DNA of 64,000 bases from a virus. A program made the translations under genes and the position numbers. The DNA lies in IMG/VR virus record IMGVR_UViG_3300048080_000333; one strand, 5' to 3'. Positions 36,076 to 45,158 of this stretch are shown here, in pieces. The notes under the pieces were generated by a model. It was given only the letters and a program-made list of their open reading frames with translations, was not told where the DNA came from and did no database searches. Each line of letters begins with the position of its first letter. Position 1 is the first letter of the stretch.

Positions 36076-36234
36076 ATGACCCAACCATCAACGGAGACCC
36101 CCACCACGAACCAGCCCAAACCCAAACCTAAACGGGATAGGCCGGTTGCTTCTCAGCAACGGGATGGTTTCCCGCTCCCGCCCGAGTGCCGTAAGGCTCT
36201 GGCGGTCCTGCGAGAACGCCTTCCCAAAGCCTAA
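36076..36234 (+). CDS. Small Pro/Lys-rich protein, 52 aa
   Basis: MTQPSTETPTTNQPKPKPKR...RLPKA; fills the gap before the promoter. Confidence 0.4.
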   Translation: MTQPSTETPTTNQPKPKPKRDRPVASQQRDGFPLPPECRKALAVLRERLPKA

Positions 36235-36258
36235 CCCCAGAATCTTTCCAGTGCCCTC

Positions 36259-36287
36259 TTGACAAATGTCTGAGGAGTGTTTAGTAT
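36259..36287 (+). promoter_or_regulatory. sigma70-type promoter TTGACA-17-TAGTAT
   Basis: Near-consensus hexamers and spacing at the boundary between late and early modules. Confidence 0.75.
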
Positions 36288-36297
36288 TGTCTCCAGG

Positions 36298-36660
36298 ATG
36301 AGAGCAGACACTGCGAGGCGACGGTACCACCGTTACTTCGGCCAGCGCGCCGAGTTCTTAGTCCGTTGGGACGACAAGGTTCATCAGATCAACGGTATCT
36401 TATGTGGAATTTGGAAAGATATCGACGGACGCTGGTCCCTAGAGTTCCGACACGCCTACATCGACTCGAAACCCTTCATGTGGAGACCCTCACGGAACGA
36501 CAAATGCCGTAAGTGTCACCGCATCTGTATCCCTATGGACCGTATCGTGGGGTTAGGGCTTAGAGACACGCAACGCAGGTTCCAAGCAGTGGGGCTTCCC
36601 TTAAAAAGCCTACTAGCACCCCAGCCTCACGATACGGTTCCTATGCCATGCCTACCTTAA
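36298..36660 (+). CDS. Hypothetical early protein
   Basis: First ATG after the promoter; 120 aa. Confidence 0.55.
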   Translation: MRADTARRRYHRYFGQRAEFLVRWDDKVHQINGILCGIWKDIDGRWSLEFRHAYIDSKPFMWRPSRNDKCRKCHRICIPMDRIVGLGLRDTQRRFQAVGLPLKSLLAPQPHDTVPMPCLP

Positions 36661-36863
36661 CGCCGAAGCCGGGGGAGACACGCGGCGAGTTTCTAGCCCG
36701 TTGGGGTAACCTGCTGGCGATTCTCCGCGCACACTACCCCGATCCCTATGCCTGGCTCGATCTCGCGCAAGAATTGCTCGATAATCTTGTTACTGCCGAA
36801 CACCGAATCGCGGAAGCCGAGGAGCGGGCGAGGATAGCGGAGGAGGAACGGGATACATTTTGA
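36648..36863 (+). CDS. Hypothetical protein
   Basis: 71 aa, C-terminal coiled coil. Confidence 0.6.
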   Translation: MPTLTPKPGETRGEFLARWGNLLAILRAHYPDPYAWLDLAQELLDNLVTAEHRIAEAEERARIAEEERDTF

Positions 36864-37150
36864 AGACGACAATGATGCCGAGACCAACGAAAGCGCAGCG
36901 GCGGGTACTCGACGATATGAAGGGTGGAGATCGTCTCATCCGGGTTCAGCGATGGGCCGGGCCAAACAGTATCCGCATCACTCTCTTTGGCCGTGGGGAA
37001 CCTTACCAGGACGTGCGATACGATACCTTCTACGCGATGAAAAAGTATGGATGGTTGGAAGTCGTGATCGACAACGGGGAGCAGTATCCGCAGTCATGGG
37101 TGTATGCGTTGAGTGCGGTAGGAAAGGTTGTTTCTGCGGGGGTGAACTGA
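36860..37150 (+). CDS. Hypothetical protein, possible winged helix
   Basis: 'TKAQRRVL...'; 'MKKYGWLE'; coupled overlaps. Confidence 0.6.
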   Translation: MKTTMMPRPTKAQRRVLDDMKGGDRLIRVQRWAGPNSIRITLFGRGEPYQDVRYDTFYAMKKYGWLEVVIDNGEQYPQSWVYALSAVGKVVSAGVN

Positions 37151-37374
37151 TGCTGAAAACCTGGCTCGTATCCAGCGGTGATTTGGACAAGGCGCGGGCG
37201 CGTGCCTATACCCCGACGGAAGCGTTCCTCATCGCTGTTGTGCTCTACACCCCCAAATCTCTTGGTATCCTTGCTATAATCGTCGAAGAGGGCTTCGAGG
37301 GTGACGAGACGAAAGAATTCTATGTCCTGACGGAGATCGTAACAACAAAGGTCCAAGAGATAGGGTATGCCTGA
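37150..37374 (+). CDS. Hypothetical protein
   Basis: TGATG overlap; 74 aa. Confidence 0.55.
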   Translation: MLKTWLVSSGDLDKARARAYTPTEAFLIAVVLYTPKSLGILAIIVEEGFEGDETKEFYVLTEIVTTKVQEIGYA

Positions 37375-37412
37375 TCTCTTCGTAACCTCCTGGCCGATGA
37401 GGGGCGACTGAT

Positions 37413-37679
37413 ATGGCCATTCAGGCCCCAGATGGTCGGCAGTTCGTCCGCTGGTCAGGCGACGACGAGATTGACGTGGATGTGAGAAACATCCTGGCCG
37501 TTTTTCACGGCCGGAGTCCGCTTGCGCTTTTCTCCGCCCTGCCTTGGCTGCTCTCGCTCATCGGCCGGGCTACCGGGGCCACAGAGGGAGAAATGGCTCA
37601 AACGCTGAACGCCATTCGTGACGAATCTCTGCGCCTTACACGGGAGGCGACTCTCATCCCTGGTTCGCGGGGGCACTAA
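37413..37679 (+). CDS. Hypothetical protein
   Basis: 88 aa. Confidence 0.55.
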   Translation: MAIQAPDGRQFVRWSGDDEIDVDVRNILAVFHGRSPLALFSALPWLLSLIGRATGATEGEMAQTLNAIRDESLRLTREATLIPGSRGH

Positions 37680-37683
37680 AACC

Positions 37684-38778
37684 ATGCCTAACGTTCTGCG
37701 CCACACTGCTGTCGAGGATTGGTTGTACGACGCCTGTCGGGCGTACCTGACCAAGACGCCCCGTACAGGTATCCACGTTAGCGACCTCCTTCTTCTTCGC
37801 AAAGCCTATTGGCAACGAGTCGAACCGAAGCCGCCGAGCCGTCGCGAAATTCTCTACTTCATGGCAGGCCGCGGCCACGAGGAAGTAGTCGTTGCGCTCT
37901 CGGGTCTCGGAGCGCATAGGAAAGCGCGAGGTGAGTGGCTTGGCCCCATAGACGAACCCTATCCGGAGGGGGACGGTATTCGGTACGAGATGGACGTGCT
38001 CTACGAAGGTGAAGACCATCCGGCGATCCCCTTTGAAATCAAGACGAATCGTCGCGCGAAAGTGATCGACGCCAAGACCGTACTCGATGACTATGCGCTT
38101 GCCGTCGACCAGTTGGGCATGTATTGTGCGATCAAGAATTTGCCTGTTGGGTACTTGTTCGAACTCCACTTGATGGCGCGGAACCTCGCGGCCGTGCCCG
38201 CCGACGCCACGGAGGCCGAACCCGAACGTCCCGCCGACGAGCCGGACCCCTATGCCTGGCTCAAGCAGAGTCGGCCCGAAATGCCCATCTACCAAATCAC
38301 CTGGACTACCGAGGAACGTGAGGCCATCCTCGCTCTTATGCCTATTCGACGGGGGATGCTGGAGTCTGCCCTCGCGGTGGGCGACCACACGGGGCTCCCA
38401 GAATGTCCCGAATGGATGTGTGGGAAGGTCCATATTCGCCGTTCAGCGCCTGTGTGTCCGATGTGTGGTACCATGTATACGGTAGGCGAGGTCAAGCCGG
38501 ACGGGAAGAAACGCGGTGTTCGGCAGTATTGCGAGACCTGTAAGGTCGGCGGCAGGCTGGTCGGCGGCCGACAGGTCGGAGGTACGAAGGTAGAACTTGT
38601 CCGCGACAGCCAGGAGATTTTCGTGCCTGGCTGCCGGTGGTGGGCATCATGCCTTCCGGCACAACACGCGAAGTACCACCAGAATTTCTGGAAACCGAAA
38701 CGGACGGGAAGCGCAGACGAAATCGAGGAAGCACCAGACGACATCACCCCTGACGACGGGGAGGAGGTAGGGGGGTGA
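37684..38778 (+). CDS. Cas4-like PD-(D/E)xK exonuclease with a zinc-ribbon insert
   Basis: 'IHVSDL...RKAY', 'GRGHEE', 'D....FEIKT', 'QLGMY', C-terminal 'C.EWMC...C.W...C'; CPMC/CETC insert. Confidence 0.75.
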   Translation: MPNVLRHTAVEDWLYDACRAYLTKTPRTGIHVSDLLLLRKAYWQRVEPKPPSRREILYFMAGRGHEEVVVALSGLGAHRKARGEWLGPIDEPYPEGDGIRYEMDVLYEGEDHPAIPFEIKTNRRAKVIDAKTVLDDYALAVDQLGMYCAIKNLPVGYLFELHLMARNLAAVPADATEAEPERPADEPDPYAWLKQSRPEMPIYQITWTTEEREAILALMPIRRGMLESALAVGDHTGLPECPEWMCGKVHIRRSAPVCPMCGTMYTVGEVKPDGKKRGVRQYCETCKVGGRLVGGRQVGGTKVELVRDSQEIFVPGCRWWASCLPAQHAKYHQNFWKPKRTGSADEIEEAPDDITPDDGEEVGG

Positions 38779-38993
38779 GTGTTTACATCCTGTTCTGGGT
38801 TGAAGAGTTCGACAACTTCATGGGAGTCTTTGCCTCTGCGGAAGCGGCCGGCCGCTATGCTGCCAACTGGGCCATGCTACCTGGAGTGGGGCGATCCCTG
38901 GTCTGGACACAACTGAGCGACGGGATATGGGGCGCTCCTGGCGATGATGAGTTTTCCGACTTCAGAATCGAACGACAGGAGGTAGGGATATGA
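38775..38993 (+). CDS. Hypothetical protein
   Basis: RBS GGAGG; 'VYIL......GVFASAEAA' small-phage-protein pattern. Confidence 0.65.
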   Translation: MSVYILFWVEEFDNFMGVFASAEAAGRYAANWAMLPGVGRSLVWTQLSDGIWGAPGDDEFSDFRIERQEVGI

Positions 38994-39265
38994 GTAAGGT
39001 GAGTCGTGCGGATGTCTATGCGGTCATCGACGGCGAGCGGGACTACCAGGACGCGAAATGGCCGAAGGAGAAGGTAAGCGACCGGCCCATCGCGACTGAA
39101 CCGACGGTGGGCGAGTCCGTCGTGCTTCTTCAGCAGTACGTGACCATGGCCATCGAGCAGTGGACGTCGCAGGTCGGCGATCAGGCGGCCCTGCATCAGA
39201 TCCGGAAGATCGCGGCCATCGCGGTGCGGTGCATGGAGTACCACGGCGCACTACCGAGGGCTTGA
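38990..39265 (+). CDS. Hypothetical helical protein (MazG-like fold possible)
   Basis: 'IDGERDYQDAKW' and 'IRKIAAIAVRCME' are recurrent phage motifs; RBS AGGAGG. Confidence 0.65.
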   Translation: MSKVSRADVYAVIDGERDYQDAKWPKEKVSDRPIATEPTVGESVVLLQQYVTMAIEQWTSQVGDQAALHQIRKIAAIAVRCMEYHGALPRA

Positions 39266-39291
39266 CAACCACCGAACACATGTTCTAATAT
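39262..39291 (+). promoter_or_regulatory. sigma70-type promoter TTGACA-18-TAATAT upstream of the replication operon
   Basis: ttgaca accaccgaacacatgttc taatat. Confidence 0.65.
39273..39286. promoter_or_regulatory. LexA (SOS) box, Gram-positive type: CGAACACATGTTCT
   Basis: Matches CGAAC-RNRY-GTTC and overlaps the promoter spacer and -10. Confidence 0.7.
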
Positions 39292-39346
39292 GGACGGAGC
39301 GGGCTGTCTCTAGATAGTTCGCAAAGTCCCCCCGAGGTGAGAATGT

Positions 39347-40168
39347 ATGAGCCGACAGTCCGAAAGTATCAAGGATCTCGCTACGGCGCTGGCTCTCGCG
39401 CAGGGTGAGATGGAGAATCCCGCCTTCGACACCGCGAACCCTTTCTTCAAGAGCCGGTATGCGAGCCTCGCCGCCGTGCTGAACACGGTCAGACCCGTGC
39501 TGGCGAAGCACGGCATCGGTGTTCTCCAGGACCTGTACACAGCGCCGGAGGGCGTCGCATGCGTTACCACCCTGTCGCACAGTAGCGGGGAATGGTGGGA
39601 GTCCAGCGTACTCGTCATGCCGGTCAGCAAGCCGGACGCCCAGGGATTCGGCTCGGCGGCCACGTATGCGCGTCGATACGCCCTCCAAGCAGTCGTAGGG
39701 GTCGCTGGCGAGGACGACGACGATGCCGAGAGCGCAGTGCGTCGTCAGGATACCGCCAAGCCTGCAGCAGCCGCCCCAGCCGCGAGGCCGGTTCCGCCCC
39801 CTGTGACACCTGTTCCCGTTGCGTCTGCGCCAGCAACGGCCGCGCCGACTCCTCCACCGCTCGCTGACAACGCGGCCAAGCCTGAGCCAACTGGCTCGAC
39901 GACATCTGTGGTTCCAGCCTCTGTCGCACCAGTCGTTGACGACACGGCGAAGGATGCAGCCCTCACGATGGATTCGGGTCCATGCGTGGACTGTGGCATC
40001 GTTCTTCCAGAGATGCACAAGAACTCCATCCTGAACAGGCGGAAACGGGGCGAGAAGTTGCGCTGGTCGCACCAGTCCGTGCCAGGCATGGACAAGTTCA
40101 AGGACGCAGAGGGGAAGTGCAACCATCCCGAGATCCTGAAGTTGGCAGGGCAGACGGCGGCGAAGTAA
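39347..40168 (+). CDS. erf: ERF-family single-strand annealing protein
   Basis: 'LATALALAQ.E..NP.FD..NPFFKSRYASL..VL..VRPVL.KHG', 'AQGFGSA.TYARRY.L....G....DDDAE'; Pro/Ala linker. Confidence 0.92.
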   Translation: MSRQSESIKDLATALALAQGEMENPAFDTANPFFKSRYASLAAVLNTVRPVLAKHGIGVLQDLYTAPEGVACVTTLSHSSGEWWESSVLVMPVSKPDAQGFGSAATYARRYALQAVVGVAGEDDDDAESAVRRQDTAKPAAAAPAARPVPPPVTPVPVASAPATAAPTPPPLADNAAKPEPTGSTTSVVPASVAPVVDDTAKDAALTMDSGPCVDCGIVLPEMHKNSILNRRKRGEKLRWSHQSVPGMDKFKDAEGKCNHPEILKLAGQTAAK

Positions 40169-40178
40169 CGGAACGACT

Positions 40179-42890
40179 GTGAACGTAGCCGTCTCTGATT
40201 CTTTAGAAGTCCTTGCGCGGGACTGGGCCGCTCTGCCGTACGCAAACGCCTCGGATAAATTCGTCCTGGGCGACGTACGGCCAGATGCTCGCGTCCTATT
40301 GATCGGCGAGGCTCCTGGTGAGGACGAGGACAACAGCGTCACGCCGGAGAAGCCCTTGGGGCAGGCGTTCATTGGACGGGCTGGCCAGCGGTTGGACTAC
40401 ACGCTCGCTGGGGTCGGCCTGCCGCGGTCCGAGGTGTCTGTCGCGAACGTAATGCCACGGCGCCCGCTTACCCCGGCGTGCGGAAAATGTGACGCCTGCC
40501 GCCGAAGTGAGGAGAATCTCTGCCCCAAGAGGGATAACCGGGAACCGACGAAGAACGAGATCAAGGCGAACGCCGACTATGTGCGACGCCTCGTCCAACT
40601 TCACCCGAACCTCAAGGTCGTTGGACTCTTGGGTGGCACCGCGTTGACGTGGTGTCGCGGCGTTGAAAAGATTGAATCGTACCGCGGAGACGAGTTCTTC
40701 GATCAGGGTATCTGGTGGGTGCCGACTTACCACCCTGCTGCGGTGCTGCGTCGGCCCTCTAACATCAAATGGTTCGTCCAGGACCTCGAATGGATCAAGA
40801 CGTTGGCAGACGGGAACCTACTGGATCTGTCCAGGCTAGAGAAAGAGATTCCGTTCGTGGACGACGGTGCTGTCCTAAGAACACAGTATTTTTCGAACAT
40901 CATCCAATCACCTTTGTCGTACGTCGACGTGGAAACGGCCGCTGACCCGCCAGCCAGTGCGTTGTGGTGGTGGGATCCTCGGGTTCGTCCCGTTCTTATT
41001 TCGTTGGCTTGGTTTGAAAACAGTCTGCCGTGCGCCGTCGTAGTCGAGGTGAACGACACGACGATCCCGGTGTTGCAGGATCTTTTCAAAGCCAAACCCG
41101 AACACTGGGTAGGGCAGAGCGTGCTGTACTACGACATCCCGCTCCTGGAGCGGTGGGGGATGTCGATGCAGTGCGAGCGGTCCGTCATCGACTCTTATCC
41201 TATCGCGCGGCTGAACGATGAGAACCGTGGCTGTGGACTCAAGGACCTTGCGAAGCACCACCTTCGGGTCGTGAACTACACGCCCTGGTGGGGCGACGCG
41301 GCAGGCGAGGCGTGGCACCTAGACTGGATCAGGTGGCCCGAAATGTCGGCCGTCGAGCGAACCGAGCGAGTTGCTTACTCGGGCAAGGATGCCCTCGTGG
41401 GTATTCAGGTCGCTCAAATCGAGGCCGACCGTCTGCGGCGCACACCGGACCTCGTACAGGCCTACAAGGATCTCGCAGTATGGCAGGCCCGGGCCGTCAC
41501 CGAGATGAGTAGAGTCGGTATGCCATTAGACATCGAGGCCGCCGTGTTGCGGGCGCTGTTTCTAGCATCGGAGATGGCCGAGGTTGACCAGAGGCTTCAG
41601 ACCATTGTGCCGGACGAGGCCAAGAAGCCGAAGAAGGCCCGGCGGCGGAAAGGCGAACCTGAACCGTCTCTGGAGTACGAACGAATCAACTTGGGGTCCT
41701 ACGTCCAAATCTCCAGGCTGTTGTTCACGGTCGCGGGCCTTCCGAAGGGCAAGACCACATCGAAGGGTGATAAGGAATCCACGGACATCTTCGCGCTACT
41801 TCGGGTTCTCGGCATGAAGGACTCCCTGCCCGATGCGCCTCCGTGGGCGTTCGATCTTATTGAGGGTGTCTTGAAACATCGCGCACTGGAGAAGAAGAAG
41901 GGGTACGTCGAGGCACTGGTCGACGCCGCTTCGTTGTCGCATGACGGTCGTGTTCATTCGACGTTCAAAGCGGGTCCTGTTACCTGGCGAATCGCATCGG
42001 AAGATCCGAATATACAGCAACTCCCGGGTGACATCAAGGAACTCTTCGTGGCCCCGGAAGGCTGGACATTTGTGAAATTTGATGTGAGCGGCTTAGAGGT
42101 GTGTGGGCTCGCCGACCAGGCCCCGGAACAAAAACTTGTCCACCGCATCAGGGCTGGTGAGGATTTGCATTGGCGCCACGCCTGTAGTATCATGGGATGG
42201 GATTACGATGTCGTTCCGAAAGATGCGGATGGTAAGCCTATCCCACAGACGGACCTGCAGAAGCAGACGCGGAAAGCCATTAAGACGTTGTTCTTTGCTT
42301 CTGGGTACGGTGGTGGGCCAAACAAGTTGGCCGATACGCTCCGCGAAGACTTCTACAAAGCGGGTATCGGGCTCGACGTCGTTGCAGAGATTCTTACTGC
42401 ACGGGGCGTCAAACCAGGCAAGGACCCGTTCCGCACCTTGGCCGAGGTATGGCTGAAGTGGCTCGACACCGAATACCCGACCCTCAAGAAAGCATTCCGC
42501 CGTATCGCGGCGGAAACGGCCAAGCGCGGCTACGTTCGTGGTAAGTTCCACATCGAACGCCGGCTCCCCGAGATCAGGGACTACGACGACTCGATGCGGA
42601 TGGAGGCCGAGCGCCAGGCCTACAACTTTACCCCTCAGAACCTGTCGTGCCTGACCTTCCTGGCCTACCGTGAACTCTGGAAGATTCGGCGCGATATGGA
42701 GTTGGAGGATTCGGTTTTTCTGGTTGTTCAAGAGCACGACTCGAAGGTATGGCTCGTACGCGAGGAGGTAGCGGGGCTGTGGGCACCCGTCGTGAAGCAC
42801 GTCATGGAAAATCCGAATTGGGACGAGTGGGGGGCAACGTTTCTCGTTCCGATTCGAGTCGAAGGACAGATGGATCGACAGTGGCATTAG
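40179..42890 (+). CDS. Family A DNA polymerase with N-terminal uracil-DNA glycosylase-like and 3'-5' exonuclease domains
   Basis: UDG: 'LIGEAPGEDED...FIGRAG', 'PTYHPAAVLR'. Exo: 'YVDVET', 'YYDIP', 'YSGKD'. Pol motif A 'DVSGLE', B 'RKAIKTLFFASGYG', C 'EHD'. Confidence 0.92.
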   Translation: MNVAVSDSLEVLARDWAALPYANASDKFVLGDVRPDARVLLIGEAPGEDEDNSVTPEKPLGQAFIGRAGQRLDYTLAGVGLPRSEVSVANVMPRRPLTPACGKCDACRRSEENLCPKRDNREPTKNEIKANADYVRRLVQLHPNLKVVGLLGGTALTWCRGVEKIESYRGDEFFDQGIWWVPTYHPAAVLRRPSNIKWFVQDLEWIKTLADGNLLDLSRLEKEIPFVDDGAVLRTQYFSNIIQSPLSYVDVETAADPPASALWWWDPRVRPVLISLAWFENSLPCAVVVEVNDTTIPVLQDLFKAKPEHWVGQSVLYYDIPLLERWGMSMQCERSVIDSYPIARLNDENRGCGLKDLAKHHLRVVNYTPWWGDAAGEAWHLDWIRWPEMSAVERTERVAYSGKDALVGIQVAQIEADRLRRTPDLVQAYKDLAVWQARAVTEMSRVGMPLDIEAAVLRALFLASEMAEVDQRLQTIVPDEAKKPKKARRRKGEPEPSLEYERINLGSYVQISRLLFTVAGLPKGKTTSKGDKESTDIFALLRVLGMKDSLPDAPPWAFDLIEGVLKHRALEKKKGYVEALVDAASLSHDGRVHSTFKAGPVTWRIASEDPNIQQLPGDIKELFVAPEGWTFVKFDVSGLEVCGLADQAPEQKLVHRIRAGEDLHWRHACSIMGWDYDVVPKDADGKPIPQTDLQKQTRKAIKTLFFASGYGGGPNKLADTLREDFYKAGIGLDVVAEILTARGVKPGKDPFRTLAEVWLKWLDTEYPTLKKAFRRIAAETAKRGYVRGKFHIERRLPEIRDYDDSMRMEAERQAYNFTPQNLSCLTFLAYRELWKIRRDMELEDSVFLVVQEHDSKVWLVREEVAGLWAPVVKHVMENPNWDEWGATFLVPIRVEGQMDRQWH

Positions 42891-43111
42891 ATAGTGCTAT
42901 CCTGGCAAAGGAAGCCGAGCGGCGAGTGTTGGCTGAGATCGGTTCTGTTGCCCGCGGTCTGCACCGACGGCGGAGTGCCAGCGAGGCAGGCCAGGTGGAC
43001 CGCGCCGAGCGTGCTGCACGGGAAGCCATCGAGTACAGGTTGGACAAGTTGTGGGAGCGGCTCCGTAGGGTAAGATTTTTGGGGCGCCCCGAAGAGGCCG
43101 ATGAAGCATGA
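42881..43111 (+). CDS. Hypothetical helical protein
   Basis: GTG start overlapping the polymerase end; 76 aa. Confidence 0.5.
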   Translation: MALDSAILAKEAERRVLAEIGSVARGLHRRRSASEAGQVDRAERAAREAIEYRLDKLWERLRRVRFLGRPEEADEA

Positions 43112-43554
43112 GTGTGGTCAGATTTCGCGCGTATGGGATCCCACAGAGCCAGGGCAGCATGCGAGCCTTCCTGCCCAAGGGAGGAAAGTTTCCAATTGTG
43201 ACGCACCAAAAATCACCGGCGTTGAAGGCATGGCGTGAAGTCGTTGCGCTCGCGGTCCCGAAAGGCACGATACTCGATGGACCAGTGTGTGTGACCTTGG
43301 AGTTCTACATGCCCATCCCGAAGTCGCGGCCCAGGATTCTGCACACGGAGAAGCAGCGGTTAGAGTGGACGTGGCCCGCAAAACAACCAGACCTCGATAA
43401 AATGATTCGGGCCATTCTTGACGCGCTCACCGGGGTCGTATTCCATGACGACAGTCAAGTGGTCCATCTGGTGAGCCGCAAACAGTATGGGAACGAACCC
43501 GGCGTCGAAGTGTGGGTGACACAGTACGCCCCCACAGAAAAGGACGGTACGTAG
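43108..43554 (+). CDS. rusA: RusA-like Holliday junction resolvase
   Basis: 'GIPQSQGS', 'GPVCVTLEFY.P.P', 'KQPDLDKMIRAILDALTG..FHDDSQVV'. Confidence 0.92.
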   Translation: MSVVRFRAYGIPQSQGSMRAFLPKGGKFPIVTHQKSPALKAWREVVALAVPKGTILDGPVCVTLEFYMPIPKSRPRILHTEKQRLEWTWPAKQPDLDKMIRAILDALTGVVFHDDSQVVHLVSRKQYGNEPGVEVWVTQYAPTEKDGT

Positions 43555-45158
43555 TGAACCCGTCGGACCTGTTCGGTCTTCAGGCCGTTCTGGACGGCGC
43601 GGAGCCGTGGGCTATCTGTCTCGGGGATTGCGTGGATCTGATGCTGGCCATGCCTGACGACTCGGTGGACGCTGTTGTGTGCGACCCGCCCTATGGGTTG
43701 GAGTTCATGGGGAAGGAGTGGGACAGGCTAGGGGCGCCCGAGGGATTTCGTCGGAGAGACAATCCGGAGGATGCCGGTCGTGAGAATGTGTTCGGACGCA
43801 CGACGAGGACAGGACCAGAGTACACCACCGGAGCGGGCAGAAAGAGCAAACCGGGAATCGGAGAAAGACAGATCGAATGGCCTCATCAGCAGGGATGGAA
43901 TGCTCGAAGATGCTCCAATTGTGGACATCTGAGCCACGGCGGTTCGCCGTGCAAGTGTGGAAAAGGGCTGTTCGTCGCGGCGGATGACCGTTGGAACCGA
44001 ATGCAAGAGTGGCACTTCCGTTGGGCCGTCGAAGCCTTCCGTGTTCTGAAGCCGGGAGGGCACCTGATCGCATTCGGAGGATCGCGGACATATCACCGCC
44101 TCGCCTGCGCGGTCGAGGACGCGGGGTTTGAGATTCGGGATCAACTGCAGTGGCTGTACGGGAGTGGGTTCCCGAAAAGCAAATCTATGAGAGACATCGG
44201 GCGGCCCGAACTCGGCACGTCCCTGAAGCCCGCCCACGAGCCTATCGTCTCGGCCCGCAAGCCCTTGTCGGAACCGACCGTCGCCGCCAACGTCTTGAAG
44301 TGGGGGACGGGGGCGTTGAATGTGGATGGGTGCAGAATCGGACTGGACGGCGAAAAACTGCCTACTGGCAGTGGCGCTCCATCGGAGGGGCGTGCTCGAA
44401 CAAACGAGGGTGGGGAATTGCGAGGAACTGGAGGGAATCAAACAAACACATTGGGTCGCTGGCCAGCGAACCTCTTGCTCTCGCACTCGTCGGAGTGCGT
44501 CCAAGTCGGGACCGCACCTGATAAGTATGTCACGAATGTACGGCTGGTAGCCGGGGCCGAGAAGCATTCTGATGGGTGGGGTACGAAGCCAATGGAGACC
44601 GGCGAAGTTGAGGGAGTGCGGGAGGTGTGGGCCTGCGTCCCCGGCTGCCCCGTGAGGGTGCTGGACGAACAGAGCGGCTCGTCTCGCAGCACCAAGGGCA
44701 AGCCGAGGAAGGGCCGGAAGGGCGCAGGTTGGGGTATGGAGCATACTGGAACGGAGCATGCGGATTCTGGCGGCGCCTCCCGCTTTTTCTACATCGCAAA
44801 AGCAAACCGCTCGGAGCGTGAGGAAGGTCTCCGAGGCCATATCGCCTGCGTGAAGTGTGGGGGTGTCGACACGACCGAACATCCGACCACGCATGGAGCA
44901 GAGAACTGTATACGGAACAACCATCCAACCGTGAAGCCCATAGACCTAATGCGTTACCTCTGCCGGCTCGTCACGCCCCCGGGAGGTCTTGTCCTCGATC
45001 CATTCGCGGGCTCGGGTACGACCGGCATCGCCGCGGCGCTCGAATCCTGTCGCTTCCTCGGCTTCGAGCAGGAGCCCGGATATGTCGAAATCGCCCGAGT
45101 CCGTATCCGACATTGGGCAGAGCAAAATATGCAGATCGAACTTTCTGTAGGAGCATAG
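43554..45158 (+). CDS. N6-adenine/N4-cytosine DNA methyltransferase (beta class) with Cys-rich inserts
   Basis: 'DPPYGLEFMG', 'RVLKPGGHL', 'W.YGSGFPK', 'HPTVKP..LM.YL', 'VLDPFAGSGTT'. Confidence 0.93.
   Translation: MNPSDLFGLQAVLDGAEPWAICLGDCVDLMLAMPDDSVDAVVCDPPYGLEFMGKEWDRLGAPEGFRRRDNPEDAGRENVFGRTTRTGPEYTTGAGRKSKPGIGERQIEWPHQQGWNARRCSNCGHLSHGGSPCKCGKGLFVAADDRWNRMQEWHFRWAVEAFRVLKPGGHLIAFGGSRTYHRLACAVEDAGFEIRDQLQWLYGSGFPKSKSMRDIGRPELGTSLKPAHEPIVSARKPLSEPTVAANVLKWGTGALNVDGCRIGLDGEKLPTGSGAPSEGRARTNEGGELRGTGGNQTNTLGRWPANLLLSHSSECVQVGTAPDKYVTNVRLVAGAEKHSDGWGTKPMETGEVEGVREVWACVPGCPVRVLDEQSGSSRSTKGKPRKGRKGAGWGMEHTGTEHADSGGASRFFYIAKANRSEREEGLRGHIACVKCGGVDTTEHPTTHGAENCIRNNHPTVKPIDLMRYLCRLVTPPGGLVLDPFAGSGTTGIAAALESCRFLGFEQEPGYVEIARVRIRHWAEQNMQIELSVGA

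Noticed and set aside
37684-38778. Cas4-like gene as a sign of a CRISPR-Cas system
   Set aside because: No cas1/cas2, effector genes or repeat-spacer array seen; solo Cas4-like nucleases are common in phages.
39251-40372. 373-aa minus-strand ORF
   Set aside because: Shadow of erf and the polymerase start; Arg/Pro-rich off-frame composition.
43728-44924. 398-aa minus-strand ORF
   Set aside because: Shadow of the DNA methyltransferase.
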